64,000 bases of DNA, from NCBI RefSeq assembly GCF_000009045.1, contig NC_000964.3:1674001-1738000 (forward strand), in the 5' to 3' direction. Made by a program: the position numbers and the translations under genes. Within the stretch, counting starts at the first letter, position 1, and every line of letters begins with the position of its first letter. Under the pieces are notes generated by a model. It was not told the origin of the DNA. It searched no databases and saw only the letters and a list, made by a program, of their open reading frames with translations. Source of the DNA: Bacillus subtilis subsp. subtilis str. 168 (lineage in GTDB: Bacteria > Bacillota > Bacilli > Bacillales > Bacillaceae). Shown one piece after another: positions 53,133 through 64,000 of the stretch.

Positions 53133-56100
53133 ATGGAACAGTTATCAGTAAACAGAAGGCAGTTTCAAATTCTTCTGCAGCAGATTAATATGACAGATGA
53201 TACCTTCATGACATACTTTGAACATGGCGAGATTAAAAAGCTGACAATTCACAAAGCTTCTAAGTCTTGGCATTTTCATTTTCAATTTAAATCTTTGCTG
53301 CCTTTTCAAATATATGACACATTAACAACGAGGCTGACGCAATCGTTTGCCCACATAGCAAAAGTGACATCTTCAATTGAAGTTCAGGATGCCGAGGTCA
53401 GTGAAAGTATCGTTCAAGACTACTGGTCACGCTGCATTGAAGAACTGCAGGGCATTTCGCCGCCGATTATCAGTCTTTTAAACCAGCAAAAACCGAAGCT
53501 GAAGGGCAATAAACTGATTGTCAAAACCAAAACAGATACAGAAGCGGCTGCGCTAAAGAACAAATACAGTTCCATGATTCAAGCAGAATACCGTCAATTT
53601 GGCTTTCCGGATCTTCAGCTTGATGCTGAAATATTTGTATCCGAGCAAGAAGTTCAAAAGTTTCGGGAGCAAAAGCTTGCGGAAGACCAAGAGCGGGCTA
53701 TGCAGGCCTTGATTGAAATGGAGAAGAAAGATAAAGAAAGTGATGAAGACCAAGCACCATCTGGTCCTCTTGTTATCGGTTATCAAATTAAAGATAACGA
53801 GGAAATCCGAACACTTGACAGCATCATGGACGAAGAACGGAGAATTACGGTCCAAGGTTATGTGTTTGATGTGGAGACGCGCGAGCTGAAGAGCGGGCGC
53901 ACGCTGTGTATCTTCAAAATTACAGACTATACAAATAGTATTTTGATCAAAATGTTTGCACGTGAAAAAGAAGATGCGGCGCTGATGAAGTCTCTGAAAA
54001 AAGGAATGTGGGTAAAAGCACGCGGAAGCATTCAAAATGATACATTTGTCAGAGACCTTGTCATGATCGCAAATGACGTAAACGAAATAAAAGCAAAAAC
54101 CCGTGAAGATTCAGCACCTGAAGGAGAAAAAAGAGTGGAATTGCATCTTCATTCCCCAATGAGCCAAATGGATGCTGTTACGGGTATCGGAAAGCTTGTC
54201 GAACAGGCGAAAAAATGGGGGCATGAGGCCATCGCTTTGACCGACCATGCTGTCGTTCAATCCTTCCCTGATGCGTATTCTGCGGCCAAAAAGCATGGAA
54301 TTAAAATGATTTACGGGATGGAAGCGAATCTCGTGGATGATGGCGTGCCAATTGCTTATAATGCCGCACATCGTCTGCTCGAAGAAGAAACATATGTTGT
54401 TTTTGACGTTGAGACGACAGGATTGTCTGCTGTATACGATACCATTATTGAGCTGGCTGCAGTAAAAGTAAAAGGCGGAGAAATTATTGATAAATTTGAG
54501 GCGTTTGCGAACCCGCATCGTCCGCTTTCCGCCACAATCATAGAGCTGACAGGGATCACAGATGATATGCTACAAGACGCTCCGGATGTCGTAGATGTAA
54601 TAAGAGATTTCAGAGAATGGATTGGCGATGATATTCTTGTCGCTCATAATGCAAGCTTTGATATGGGATTCTTAAATGTAGCCTATAAAAAACTTCTTGA
54701 AGTCGAAAAAGCTAAAAACCCAGTCATTGATACGCTTGAACTTGGACGTTTTCTCTATCCGGAATTTAAGAACCACCGGTTGAACACACTTTGTAAAAAG
54801 TTTGATATCGAGCTCACACAGCATCACCGTGCGATCTATGATACTGAGGCAACCGCTTATTTGCTTCTGAAAATGCTGAAAGACGCAGCTGAAAAAGGTA
54901 TTCAGTACCATGATGAGTTGAATGAAAATATGGGTCAGTCCAATGCTTATCAAAGATCAAGACCGTATCATGCAACATTACTTGCCGTGAACAGCACGGG
55001 ACTTAAAAATTTATTTAAGCTTGTGTCACTTTCTCATATTCATTATTTTTACAGAGTGCCGCGTATTCCGAGATCTCAGCTTGAGAAATACAGGGAAGGG
55101 CTTCTGATCGGTTCTGCTTGTGACAGGGGAGAGGTTTTTGAGGGAATGATGCAAAAATCGCCTGAAGAGGTGGAAGATATCGCGTCATTCTATGATTACC
55201 TTGAGGTTCAGCCGCCTGAAGTGTATCGTCACTTGCTGGAGCTTGAACTGGTCCGTGATGAAAAAGCGCTGAAAGAAATTATTGCGAATATCACGAAGCT
55301 GGGGGAAAAGCTTAATAAACCGGTTGTTGCTACGGGAAATGTTCATTACTTGAATGATGAGGATAAAATCTACAGAAAGATTTTAATATCCTCACAAGGC
55401 GGGGCAAATCCGCTGAATAGGCATGAACTGCCGAAAGTGCATTTCAGAACGACAGACGAAATGCTTGAAGCTTTTTCTTTCTTAGGTGAAGAAAAAGCGA
55501 AGGAGATCGTAGTCACCAATACCCAAAAGGTTGCTTCTTTAGTTGATGACATCAAGCCGATTAAAGATGATTTATATACGCCGAAAATCGAAGGCGCTGA
55601 TGAAGAGATCAGAGAAATGAGCTATCAGCGTGCAAGAAGCATTTACGGGGAAGAGCTGCCTGAAATTGTCGAAGCGCGGATTGAAAAAGAGTTAAAGAGT
55701 ATTATTGGCCACGGATTTGCTGTTATTTACTTGATCTCTCACAAACTTGTAAAACGTTCACTAGATGACGGGTATCTCGTTGGTTCCCGTGGTTCCGTAG
55801 GATCTTCATTAGTTGCGACACTTACTGAGATTACTGAGGTAAACCCGCTGCCGCCGCACTATGTTTGTCCTGAGTGCCAGCATTCTGAGTTCTTTAATGA
55901 CGGTTCTGTCGGTTCTGGTTTTGACCTGCCTGACAAGACATGCCCTCATTGCGGAACGCCTTTGAAAAAAGACGGCCATGATATTCCATTTGAAACGTTC
56001 TTAGGATTTAAAGGGGACAAAGTACCTGATATCGATTTGAACTTCTCAGGGGAATATCAGCCGCAAGCACACAATTACACAAAAGTATTGTTCGGAGAAG

Positions 56101-57446
56101 ACAATGTATATCGTGCGGGAACAATAGGCACGGTGGCAGAAAAAACAGCCTACGGTTATGTAAAAGGCTATGCCGGAGACAACAATCTTCATATGCGCGG
56201 TGCCGAAATAGATCGGCTCGTACAGGGATGCACAGGTGTAAAACGTACAACTGGACAGCACCCTGGCGGTATTATCGTAGTTCCGGATTATATGGATATT
56301 TATGATTTTTCACCGATCCAGTTCCCGGCAGATGCCACAGGTTCAGAGTGGAAAACGACTCATTTTGATTTCCACTCCATCCATGACAACCTGTTAAAAC
56401 TTGATATTCTCGGACACGATGACCCGACTGTTATTCGGATGCTTCAAGACTTAAGCGGAATAGATCCGAAAACAATTCCGACGGATGATCCTGAAGTGAT
56501 GAAGATCTTCCAGGGAACCGAATCACTCGGTGTGACTGAAGAACAGATTGGCTGTAAAACGGGCACTCTTGGAATTCCTGAATTCGGAACCCGATTTGTC
56601 CGGCAGATGCTTGAAGATACAAAGCCGACCACTTTTTCTGAGCTCGTTCAGATTTCAGGCTTGTCTCACGGAACTGATGTATGGCTTGGCAATGCACAGG
56701 AGCTCATCCACAATAATATTTGTGAGCTGAGTGAGGTTATCGGCTGCCGTGATGACATTATGGTTTATTTAATCTATCAAGGCCTTGAGCCGTCCCTTGC
56801 CTTTAAAATCATGGAATTCGTGCGTAAAGGAAAAGGATTAACGCCTGAATGGGAAGAAGAAATGAAAAATAACAATGTCCCAGACTGGTATATTGATTCC
56901 TGTAAAAAGATTAAATACATGTTCCCGAAAGCCCACGCCGCGGCATATGTCTTAATGGCAGTCCGCATTGCTTACTTTAAAGTGCATCATGCTCTTTTGT
57001 ATTATGCGGCTTATTTTACCGTTCGTGCAGATGACTTTGATATTGATACAATGATCAAGGGCTCTACAGCAATCAGAGCGGTAATGGAGGATATAAACGC
57101 TAAAGGACTTGATGCTTCACCGAAGGAAAAGAACCTTCTGACTGTTTTAGAATTAGCGCTTGAGATGTGTGAGAGAGGCTATTCATTCCAAAAAGTCGAT
57201 TTATATCGCTCCAGCGCCACAGAGTTTATTATTGACGGCAACAGTCTTATTCCGCCGTTTAACTCTATTCCAGGGTTAGGGACGAACGCTGCTTTGAACA
57301 TTGTAAAAGCTCGCGAAGAAGGCGAATTCCTCTCAAAAGAAGATTTGCAAAAGAGAGGGAAAGTATCAAAAACGATTTTAGAGTACTTAGATCGCCATGG
57401 CTGTCTGGAGTCACTGCCTGATCAAAACCAATTGTCACTGTTCTAA
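53133..57446 (+). CDS. polC: Replicative DNA polymerase III PolC (1437 aa)
   Basis: OB domain, [11 protein letters not shown], inserted DEDDh exonuclease (FDVETTG), Cys4 motif, PDIDLNF; ATG 53133 after GGGAGG. Confidence 0.99.
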   Translation: MEQLSVNRRQFQILLQQINMTDDTFMTYFEHGEIKKLTIHKASKSWHFHFQFKSLLPFQIYDTLTTRLTQSFAHIAKVTSSIEVQDAEVSESIVQDYWSRCIEELQGISPPIISLLNQQKPKLKGNKLIVKTKTDTEAAALKNKYSSMIQAEYRQFGFPDLQLDAEIFVSEQEVQKFREQKLAEDQERAMQALIEMEKKDKESDEDQAPSGPLVIGYQIKDNEEIRTLDSIMDEERRITVQGYVFDVETRELKSGRTLCIFKITDYTNSILIKMFAREKEDAALMKSLKKGMWVKARGSIQNDTFVRDLVMIANDVNEIKAKTREDSAPEGEKRVELHLHSPMSQMDAVTGIGKLVEQAKKWGHEAIALTDHAVVQSFPDAYSAAKKHGIKMIYGMEANLVDDGVPIAYNAAHRLLEEETYVVFDVETTGLSAVYDTIIELAAVKVKGGEIIDKFEAFANPHRPLSATIIELTGITDDMLQDAPDVVDVIRDFREWIGDDILVAHNASFDMGFLNVAYKKLLEVEKAKNPVIDTLELGRFLYPEFKNHRLNTLCKKFDIELTQHHRAIYDTEATAYLLLKMLKDAAEKGIQYHDELNENMGQSNAYQRSRPYHATLLAVNSTGLKNLFKLVSLSHIHYFYRVPRIPRSQLEKYREGLLIGSACDRGEVFEGMMQKSPEEVEDIASFYDYLEVQPPEVYRHLLELELVRDEKALKEIIANITKLGEKLNKPVVATGNVHYLNDEDKIYRKILISSQGGANPLNRHELPKVHFRTTDEMLEAFSFLGEEKAKEIVVTNTQKVASLVDDIKPIKDDLYTPKIEGADEEIREMSYQRARSIYGEELPEIVEARIEKELKSIIGHGFAVIYLISHKLVKRSLDDGYLVGSRGSVGSSLVATLTEITEVNPLPPHYVCPECQHSEFFNDGSVGSGFDLPDKTCPHCGTPLKKDGHDIPFETFLGFKGDKVPDIDLNFSGEYQPQAHNYTKVLFGEDNVYRAGTIGTVAEKTAYGYVKGYAGDNNLHMRGAEIDRLVQGCTGVKRTTGQHPGGIIVVPDYMDIYDFSPIQFPADATGSEWKTTHFDFHSIHDNLLKLDILGHDDPTVIRMLQDLSGIDPKTIPTDDPEVMKIFQGTESLGVTEEQIGCKTGTLGIPEFGTRFVRQMLEDTKPTTFSELVQISGLSHGTDVWLGNAQELIHNNICELSEVIGCRDDIMVYLIYQGLEPSLAFKIMEFVRKGKGLTPEWEEEMKNNNVPDWYIDSCKKIKYMFPKAHAAAYVLMAVRIAYFKVHHALLYYAAYFTVRADDFDIDTMIKGSTAIRAVMEDINAKGLDASPKEKNLLTVLELALEMCERGYSFQKVDLYRSSATEFIIDGNSLIPPFNSIPGLGTNAALNIVKAREEGEFLSKEDLQKRGKVSKTILEYLDRHGCLESLPDQNQLSLF

Positions 57447-57452
57447 TATGGA

Positions 57453-57479
57453 AAGCAGAATTTCTCAGAAATTCTGCTT
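57453..57479 (+). terminator. Hairpin after polC (probable terminator, poor U tract)
   Basis: AAGCAGAATTTC-TCA-GAAATTCTGCTT, perfect 12 bp. Confidence 0.6.
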
Positions 57480-57564
57480 CTATGCATACATAAGCGCAAA
57501 AAGTGCCATCGTAATATTAGAGTTTCTGTCACTTGCTTAGGTATGAAGGTAAGCGTATATCCAT

Positions 57565-57593
57565 TTGCAATAAAAATATGGTTATGGTATAGT
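57565..57593 (+). promoter_or_regulatory. SigA promoter of the rimP-nusA-infB operon
   Basis: TTGCAA(57565-70)-17 bp-TATAGT(57588-93) with extended TG at 57585-86. Confidence 0.85.
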
Positions 57594-57599
57594 TTTATT

Positions 57600-57775
57600 G
57601 GAAATGCTAACGATTACCGAGGCAAAGAGTGGGGAAACCCGCTCTTTTGTATTGAACAGGAGAATTTTGTCTCGACATGTTCATCGTTTACTTTTTAGCC
57701 CCTGCTCTTTTGAAGCAGGGTTTTTATGCAGAGTGACGAGACGAATATGAGATCGACAGCACAAGGAGGAAGAAC
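57600..57775 (+). ncRNA. rimP (ylxS) leader: structured 5' UTR with attenuator
   Basis: GAAA-tetraloop hairpin 57622-49; terminator-like CCCTGCT(57700-06)/AGCAGGG(57714-20) plus TTTTT before the rimP SD; NusA-dependent attenuation of this operon is established. Confidence 0.8.
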
Positions 57776-58246
57776 ATGAGCAAAAAAGTGACTGACACCG
57801 TTCAAGAAATGGCTCAGCCAATCGTAGACAGCCTTCAGCTGGAACTCGTTGACATTGAATTTGTCAAAGAGGGCCAAAGCTGGTTCCTTCGCGTGTTTAT
57901 TGATTCCGATGACGGTGTGGATATTGAGGAATGTGCCAAAGTAAGCGAAGCTTTAAGCGAAAAGCTTGATGAGGCAGACCCAATCAGCCAAAATTACTTT
58001 CTTGAAGTCTCATCTCCAGGAGCTGAGCGTCCGCTAAAGAAAAAAGCCGATTTCGAAAAATCACTAGGAAAAAACGTATACATTAAGACGTATGAGCCTA
58101 TTGACGGCGTAAAAGTGTTTGAAGGTGAACTGGCTGAATTTGATGGACAAACAGTGACAGTTGAGATCACGATCAAAACAAGAAAGAAACGGATCAATAT
58201 TCCGTATGAAAAGATAGCTAATGCAAGATTAGCTGTTACATTCTAA
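57776..58246 (+). CDS. rimP: Ribosome maturation factor RimP (YlxS)
   Basis: [16 protein letters not shown] and [14 protein letters not shown]. Confidence 0.98.
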   Translation: MSKKVTDTVQEMAQPIVDSLQLELVDIEFVKEGQSWFLRVFIDSDDGVDIEECAKVSEALSEKLDEADPISQNYFLEVSSPGAERPLKKKADFEKSLGKNVYIKTYEPIDGVKVFEGELAEFDGQTVTVEITIKTRKKRINIPYEKIANARLAVTF

Positions 58247-58280
58247 TGAATACAAATGTTTTAAGGGGGGAGACCGTTAA

Positions 58281-59396
58281 ATGAGCAGTGAATTATTAGA
58301 TGCTCTCACGATTCTTGAAAAAGAAAAAGGCATCAGTAAAGAAATTATCATCGAAGCAATCGAAGCTGCGTTAATTTCTGCTTATAAGCGGAATTTTAAT
58401 CAAGCGCAAAATGTACGGGTGGATCTAAACCGTGAAACTGGCTCCATCCGTGTATTTGCAAGAAAAGATGTCGTTGACGAAGTATACGACCAGAGATTAG
58501 AAATCTCAATTGAAGAGGCACAGGGCATCCATCCGGAATATATGGTCGGCGATGTCGTCGAAATCGAAGTTACACCTAAGGATTTCGGGCGCATAGCTGC
58601 TCAAACAGCGAAGCAGGTCGTCACACAGCGTGTGCGCGAAGCTGAGCGCGGTGTGATTTATTCTGAATTTATCGACCGTGAAGAAGACATCATGACAGGG
58701 ATCGTCCAGCGTCTGGACAATAAATTTATCTACGTGTCTTTAGGCAAAATAGAAGCCTTGCTGCCGGTTAATGAGCAAATGCCGAATGAAAGCTACAAGC
58801 CCCATGACCGCATTAAGGTATATATCACAAAAGTAGAAAAAACAACGAAGGGTCCGCAGATTTATGTGTCAAGAACACATCCAGGCCTGTTAAAGCGTTT
58901 GTTTGAAATTGAAGTGCCTGAAATTTATGATGGAACTGTCGAGCTAAAATCTGTTGCCAGAGAAGCCGGCGACCGTTCGAAAATTTCTGTTCGCACAGAT
59001 GATCCTGACGTTGATCCTGTCGGTTCATGCGTAGGGCCTAAAGGCCAGCGTGTGCAAGCAATCGTCAATGAATTAAAAGGTGAAAAAATTGACATTGTCA
59101 ACTGGTCCAGTGATCCTGTAGAATTTGTCGCGAATGCGCTCAGCCCTTCCAAAGTGCTTGATGTCATTGTTAATGAAGAAGAAAAAGCGACAACTGTTAT
59201 TGTTCCTGATTACCAGCTGTCTCTGGCAATTGGAAAAAGAGGACAAAACGCACGCTTAGCTGCTAAACTGACAGGCTGGAAGATTGATATTAAGAGCGAA
59301 ACGGACGCAAGAGAACTTGGAATCTATCCGAGAGAACTTGAAGAAGATGATGAGCCGCTCTTTACGGAGCCTGAAACTGCTGAATCGGATGAATAA
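58281..59396 (+). CDS. nusA: Transcription factor NusA (no AR1/AR2 extension)
   Basis: [13 protein letters not shown]1 and two KH domains, [13 protein letters not shown]. Confidence 0.99.
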   Translation: MSSELLDALTILEKEKGISKEIIIEAIEAALISAYKRNFNQAQNVRVDLNRETGSIRVFARKDVVDEVYDQRLEISIEEAQGIHPEYMVGDVVEIEVTPKDFGRIAAQTAKQVVTQRVREAERGVIYSEFIDREEDIMTGIVQRLDNKFIYVSLGKIEALLPVNEQMPNESYKPHDRIKVYITKVEKTTKGPQIYVSRTHPGLLKRLFEIEVPEIYDGTVELKSVAREAGDRSKISVRTDDPDVDPVGSCVGPKGQRVQAIVNELKGEKIDIVNWSSDPVEFVANALSPSKVLDVIVNEEEKATTVIVPDYQLSLAIGKRGQNARLAAKLTGWKIDIKSETDARELGIYPRELEEDDEPLFTEPETAESDE

Positions 59397-59409
59397 GAGG
59401 TGACTTTAG

Positions 59410-59685
59410 GTGAATAAACACAAAAAGATCCCATTACGCAAATGTGTAGTGACTGGTGAAATGAAGCCTAAAAAGGAACTGATCCGAGTTGTACGGTCGA
59501 AAGAAGGCGAAATCTCAGTAGACCCGACCGGAAAAAAGAATGGGCGGGGTGCTTATTTAACGCTGGATAAAGAGTGCATCTTAGCAGCAAAAAAGAAAAA
59601 CACTTTGCAAAATCAATTTCAATCACAAATCGATGACCAGATTTTCGATGAATTGCTGGAACTGGCGGAAAAGGTGAAAAAATAA
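59410..59685 (+). CDS. ylxR: YlxR RNA-binding protein
   Basis: PLRKCVVT...KKELIRVV and GRGAYL signature; GTG start. Confidence 0.95.
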   Translation: MNKHKKIPLRKCVVTGEMKPKKELIRVVRSKEGEISVDPTGKKNGRGAYLTLDKECILAAKKKNTLQNQFQSQIDDQIFDELLELAEKVKK

Positions 59686-59686
59686 A

Positions 59687-59989
59687 ATGTCTGGAATGGA
59701 ATGGTTTCCCTTGCTGGGTCTGGCCAATCGAGCTCGTAAGGTCGTGTCAGGCGAAGACTTGGTAATAAAAGAAATCAGGAATGCGCGTGCAAAGCTTGTC
59801 CTGCTTACAGAGGATGCATCATCTAACACAGCAAAAAAAGTAACTGACAAGTGCAATTATTATAAAGTCCCTTATAAAAAAGTCGAGAGTCGCGCGGTTC
59901 TTGGACGCTCTATCGGTAAAGAAGCCCGTGTCGTTGTCGCCGTCACTGACCAAGGTTTTGCGAATAAGCTGATCAGCTTGCTCGATTAA
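59687..59989 (+). CDS. rplGA: L7Ae-family K-turn binding protein (YlxQ)
   Basis: [23 protein letters not shown] and LGRSIGK. Confidence 0.95.
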   Translation: MSGMEWFPLLGLANRARKVVSGEDLVIKEIRNARAKLVLLTEDASSNTAKKVTDKCNYYKVPYKKVESRAVLGRSIGKEARVVVAVTDQGFANKLISLLD

Positions 59990-60008
59990 TATTTTTGGGG
60001 GTGAACGA

Positions 60009-62159
60009 ATGGCTAAAATGAGAGTATACGAATATGCAAAAGCGTTAAATGTTTCAAGTAAGGAAATTTTGACCGCACTGAAGAACATGGATTTAGAAGT
60101 GAATAATCACATGGCCATGCTTGAAGAAAAGGCCATTAAAAAGCTAGATGCCAAATATAAAAAAGGCGGCGCAGCTGCTAAATCTCAAAAGCCAGCAGAA
60201 ACGAACAAAAACAAACAGCCACAAGGGGTTAATCAGCAATCAGCTGGAAATCAACCAAATAAAATTCGAGACGGAAAGAAGAATGACGTGCAGAATAATC
60301 AATTTAACAAAAACAAGAAGAATAACAACAACAAAAAAAATAAACGCAACAACAACAATAATAAAAACCAACATCAGCAAAAGCCTGTAAAGCCGAAAAA
60401 AGAGCTTCCTGAGAAAATTACATTCTCTGGCACTTTAACAGTTGGCGCACTTGCTGAAGAGCTTGGCAAAGAGCCTTCAGAACTCATTAAAAAGCTGATG
60501 CTTCTTGGCGTAATGGCAACCATTAACCAAGAGCTTGATAAAGACACAATCGAACTCATTGCATCAGAATATGGTGTTGAAACAGAAGAGGTCATTGTGC
60601 TTGAAGAAACAGAGCTGGAAAAATACGAAGAGCCTGATAATGAAGAGGATCTTGAAATTCGTCCTCCTGTCGTGACAATCATGGGCCACGTTGACCATGG
60701 GAAAACAACGCTTCTTGACAGCATCCGTAAAACAAAGGTTGTTGAAGGGGAAGCAGGCGGAATCACTCAGCATATCGGCGCTTATCAAATTGAAGAGAAC
60801 GGCAAGAAAATCACGTTCTTGGATACACCGGGCCACGCCGCATTTACAACAATGCGCGCACGCGGTGCAGAAGTAACTGATATTACGATTCTTGTCGTAG
60901 CTGCCGATGACGGTGTCATGCCGCAAACAGTTGAAGCGATTAACCATGCAAAAGCAGCAGAGGTTCCAATCATCGTTGCTGTGAATAAAATAGATAAAGA
61001 ATCCGCAAACCCTGACCGTGTAATGCAAGAACTGACGGAATACGGACTTGTCCCTGAAGCTTGGGGCGGAGAAACCATTTTTGTGCCGCTTTCCGCTTTA
61101 ACTGGAAAAGGCATTGATGAGCTCGTTGAAATGATTTTGCTTGTCAGTGAGGTAGAGGAACTGAAAGCGAATCCGAATCGTCAGGCAAAAGGAACGGTTA
61201 TTGAAGCTGAACTCGATAAAGGCAGAGGGTCAGTCGCGACGTTGCTCGTACAGACTGGAACACTGCATGTCGGTGATCCGATCGTAGTCGGCAATACATT
61301 TGGCCGTGTCCGTGCAATGGTCAACGACATTGGCCGCCGTGTGAAAACTGCCGGCCCGTCAACTCCGGTTGAAATTACCGGTTTGAATGATGTCCCTCAA
61401 GCGGGAGACCAATTCCTTGTCTTTAAGGATGAAAAAACAGCTCGTTCTGTCGGTGAAGCCCGTGCTTCGAAACAGCTTGAAGAGCAGCGCAGCGATAAAG
61501 CGAAGCTCAGTCTTGATGATTTATTTGAGCAAATTAAGCAAGGTGATGTAAAAGACATCAACCTCATCGTAAAAGCTGACGTTCAAGGATCTGCTGAAGC
61601 TTTAACGGCTGCACTTCAAAAAATTGAAGTAGAAGGCGTTAAAGTGAAAATCATCCATACAGGCGTTGGTGCGATTACTGAATCAGACATTATCTTGGCA
61701 TCTGCTTCCAATGCAATTGTTATCGGGTTTAATGTGAGACCGGACGGAAATGCTAAGAGTACGGCTGAAGCTGAAAATGTAGATATTCGACTTCACCGTA
61801 TCATTTACAAAGTAATCGACGAGATTGAAGCTGCCATGAAAGGTATGCTTGATCCTGAATATGAAGAAAAAGTAATTGGTCAAGTAGAAGTACGCCAAAC
61901 ATTCAAAGTATCTAAAATCGGTACAATTGCCGGCGGATATGTTACTGAAGGAACCATTACGCGCGACAGCGGCCTCCGTTTAATTCGTGACGGCGTCGTC
62001 ATCTTTGAAGGCGAAGTAGATGTTCTGAAACGCTTTAAAGACGATGTGAAAGAAGTTTCACAAGGCTATGAATGTGGTATTACAATTAAGAAATACAATG
62101 ACATTCGTGAAGGTGACATCCTTGAAGCGTTTGTCATGCAAGAAATTGAAAGAACGTGA
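60009..62159 (+). CDS. infB: Translation initiation factor IF-2 (alpha, 716 aa; internal beta start at GTG 60288)
   Basis: [24 protein letters not shown] and NKID G-domain motifs. Confidence 0.99.
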   Translation: MAKMRVYEYAKALNVSSKEILTALKNMDLEVNNHMAMLEEKAIKKLDAKYKKGGAAAKSQKPAETNKNKQPQGVNQQSAGNQPNKIRDGKKNDVQNNQFNKNKKNNNNKKNKRNNNNNKNQHQQKPVKPKKELPEKITFSGTLTVGALAEELGKEPSELIKKLMLLGVMATINQELDKDTIELIASEYGVETEEVIVLEETELEKYEEPDNEEDLEIRPPVVTIMGHVDHGKTTLLDSIRKTKVVEGEAGGITQHIGAYQIEENGKKITFLDTPGHAAFTTMRARGAEVTDITILVVAADDGVMPQTVEAINHAKAAEVPIIVAVNKIDKESANPDRVMQELTEYGLVPEAWGGETIFVPLSALTGKGIDELVEMILLVSEVEELKANPNRQAKGTVIEAELDKGRGSVATLLVQTGTLHVGDPIVVGNTFGRVRAMVNDIGRRVKTAGPSTPVEITGLNDVPQAGDQFLVFKDEKTARSVGEARASKQLEEQRSDKAKLSLDDLFEQIKQGDVKDINLIVKADVQGSAEALTAALQKIEVEGVKVKIIHTGVGAITESDIILASASNAIVIGFNVRPDGNAKSTAEAENVDIRLHRIIYKVIDEIEAAMKGMLDPEYEEKVIGQVEVRQTFKVSKIGTIAGGYVTEGTITRDSGLRLIRDGVVIFEGEVDVLKRFKDDVKEVSQGYECGITIKKYNDIREGDILEAFVMQEIERT

Positions 62160-62434
62160 TCGGATTTGCGGAGTGTGAATGCATCATTTATGATGCAGGA
62201 TCGCTAAAAGAAAAGCGTGCCGTTCTGAAGCGGATTTTAACCAGGGTTCAAAACAAGTTCAATGTTTCGATTTCGGAGATTGGCTATCAGGACACCTGGC
62301 AAAGAACCAGCTTCGGAATCGCCGCTGTTTCTTCCTCTCGCGTTCAAACAGAAAAAGAACTGCAGCGCGTCCTAGCGTTTATCGATTCTTTTCCTGAAAT
62401 TGAACGGACGATCACTAGGACAGAGTGGTTTTAA
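62156..62434 (+). CDS. ylxP: YlxP (DUF503-type) protein
   Basis: SLKEKRAVL...KFNVSISE...DTWQR; GTGA overlap with infB stop. Confidence 0.92.
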   Translation: MIGFAECECIIYDAGSLKEKRAVLKRILTRVQNKFNVSISEIGYQDTWQRTSFGIAAVSSSRVQTEKELQRVLAFIDSFPEIERTITRTEWF

Positions 62435-62450
62435 CTTAGAGGTGATTGAA

Positions 62451-62804
62451 TTGAGTATGAGAGCAAACCGTGTCGGCGAGCAAATGAAAAAAGAACTCGG
62501 TGATATTATCAGCCGCAAGCTGAAAGACCCGAGAATTGGTTTTCTGACAGTAACGGATGTACGTGTATCAGGTGATTTGCAAATTGCAAAGGTGTATATC
62601 TCGGTTCTCGGTGACGAGAAAAAACGGGAAGAAGCGCTGAAAGGGCTGGCAAAAGCGAAAGGATTTATCCGATCCGAAATCGGCAGCCGCATCAGACTTC
62701 GAAAAACGCCTGAAATTGAATTTGAGTTCGATGAATCAATCGATTACGGGAATCGGATCGAAACACTGATTCACGAATTACATTCAGAGAAACCATCTGA
62801 ATAA
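62451..62804 (+). CDS. rbfA: Ribosome-binding factor A (117 aa)
   Basis: [20 protein letters not shown] and [12 protein letters not shown]; TTG 62451 after GAGGTG. Confidence 0.98.
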   Translation: MSMRANRVGEQMKKELGDIISRKLKDPRIGFLTVTDVRVSGDLQIAKVYISVLGDEKKREEALKGLAKAKGFIRSEIGSRIRLRKTPEIEFEFDESIDYGNRIETLIHELHSEKPSE

Positions 62805-62808
62805 AAAA

Positions 62809-62843
62809 AGAGAGGATAGGCGTATATCGTCTGTCCTCTTTCT
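62809..62843 (+). terminator. Intrinsic terminator after rbfA
   Basis: AGAGGATAGGCG-TATAT-CGTCTGTCCTCT then TTCTT. Confidence 0.8.
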
Positions 62844-62885
62844 TCGTTTATAAGAAAAAAACTCAAAAGAAGGAGTGAAAGGCAA

Positions 62886-63815
62886 ATGGTTAACGGAGTT
62901 CTCCTTTTACATAAACCTGTTGGCATGACATCGCACGACTGTGTCATGAAGATCCGAAAGCTGTTAAAAACAAAAAAAGTAGGACATACAGGAACGCTCG
63001 ATCCGGAAGTATCAGGCGTGCTTCCGATTTGTGTAGGAAGAGCGACAAAAATAGTCGAATACTTAACTGAAAAATCTAAAACGTATGATGCAGAAATAAC
63101 ATTGGGCTTTTCAACCACAACAGAGGATCAAACCGGAGAAACGGTGGAAACAAAGCCTGTCAATCACGACATTGATAAAGCGGATGTAGAAAAGGTTTTA
63201 AACAGTTTAAAGGGGAAACAAGAACAAATTCCGCCCATGTATTCCGCTGTAAAAGTAAACGGCAAAAAATTATACGAATACGCAAGAGCAGGGATTGAAG
63301 TAGAACGTCCGAAACGTATGATAACCATTGAAGACATTGCCCTGACAACAGAGATTAAACATCATGGAGAAACCGCAAGCTTCCGGTTTACAGTGACTTG
63401 CTCCAAAGGGACCTATGTAAGGACGCTGGCGGTCATGATCGGAGAAAAGCTCGGATATCCGGCCCATATGTCTCATTTAATCCGTACGGCATCCGGAGAT
63501 TTTTCTCTCGACGAATGCTTTACTTTTGATGAACTCGAAGCACAGGCCCAATCCGGAACCGTGGAAGAGCATACAGTTCCTATTGAACGTGCGCTCAATC
63601 ATTTGCCGAAATGGATCATAAGTGATACATTAGCTAAGAAAGTAGAAAATGGGGCTTTGCTTGAGACGCCCGAGCAGTTTTCTGAAATGACAAGTGGAGA
63701 CCGTATTGCCGTCTTTACTGAATCCGGAACCTGCTTGGCGATCTATTTCCCTCATCCTGCAAAAAAAGGGCTGTTAAAGCCGGCAAAAGTATTGATGCAA
63801 AAAAGCGAACAATAG
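62886..63815 (+). CDS. truB: tRNA pseudouridine55 synthase
   Basis: KVGHTGTLDP, QIPPMYSAVK..GKKLYEYAR and CSKGTYVR. Confidence 0.99.
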   Translation: MVNGVLLLHKPVGMTSHDCVMKIRKLLKTKKVGHTGTLDPEVSGVLPICVGRATKIVEYLTEKSKTYDAEITLGFSTTTEDQTGETVETKPVNHDIDKADVEKVLNSLKGKQEQIPPMYSAVKVNGKKLYEYARAGIEVERPKRMITIEDIALTTEIKHHGETASFRFTVTCSKGTYVRTLAVMIGEKLGYPAHMSHLIRTASGDFSLDECFTFDELEAQAQSGTVEEHTVPIERALNHLPKWIISDTLAKKVENGALLETPEQFSEMTSGDRIAVFTESGTCLAIYFPHPAKKGLLKPAKVLMQKSEQ

Positions 63816-63833
63816 AAAAAAGGTGACCGTTCT

Positions 63834-64000
63834 GTGAAGACGATACATATTACACATCCTCATCATTTAATAAAAGAGGAGCAGGCAAAATCAGTGATGG
63901 CGTTAGGTTATTTTGACGGCGTTCATCTCGGGCATCAAAAGGTAATCGGCACAGCGAAGCAAATAGCCGAAGAAAAAGGTCTGACATTAGCTGTGATGAC
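63834..64000 (+). CDS. ribC: Bifunctional riboflavin kinase/FAD synthetase, 5' part (3'-truncated by window)
   Basis: GTG 63834 after AAAGGTG; reads ...ALGYFDGVHLGHQKVI (HxGH nucleotidyltransferase motif). Confidence 0.93.
   Translation, partial: MKTIHITHPHHLIKEEQAKSVMALGYFDGVHLGHQKVIGTAKQIAEEKGLTLAVM

Noticed and set aside
53133-57446. Intein or insertion in PolC
   Set aside because: The 1437-aa length is explained by the normal exonuclease inserted in the PHP domain; there are no intein or homing-endonuclease motifs.
57459-57473. CodY-box-like AATTTCTCAGAAATT after polC
   Set aside because: Five mismatches to AATTTTCWGAAAATT; the symmetry is explained by the terminator hairpin.

Overview
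Core-chromosome segment of Bacillus subtilis, identified by recognising the encoded proteins and their gene order; the strain cannot be fixed from this window. All credible genes (about 70) lie on the + strand. Order: khpA 3' end, ylqD-rimM-trmD, rplS, rbgA, rnhB-ylqG-ylqH, sucCD, dprA, topA, trmFO, codV(xerC)-clpQ-clpY-codY, the ~26.5-kb fla/che operon (flgB to sigD-swrB), rpsB-tsf, pyrH-frr, uppS-cdsA-dxr-rasP-proS, polC, rimP-nusA-ylxR-rplGA-infB-ylxP-rbfA, truB and the start of ribC. I found no mobile element, prophage, CRISPR array, rRNA or tRNA. The most interesting signals are small. (1) FlhB starts with MKLRVDLQFF|AGE, nearly identical to the Prp-cleaved N-terminal extension of Firmicute ribosomal protein L27. 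(2) ylqG-ylqH look like a second, coupled FliK-like plus free FlhB-C-terminal-fragment module outside the fla/che operon, behind a possible SigD promoter. (3) The swrD Shine-Dalgarno is separated from its ATG by a 10-bp GNRA hairpin. (4) An anti-RBS sequence lies upstream of the sucC promoter. (5) The rimP-nusA leader has alternative pairings that could form an attenuator switch. All folding and homology statements were made by eye; no searches or computations were run.
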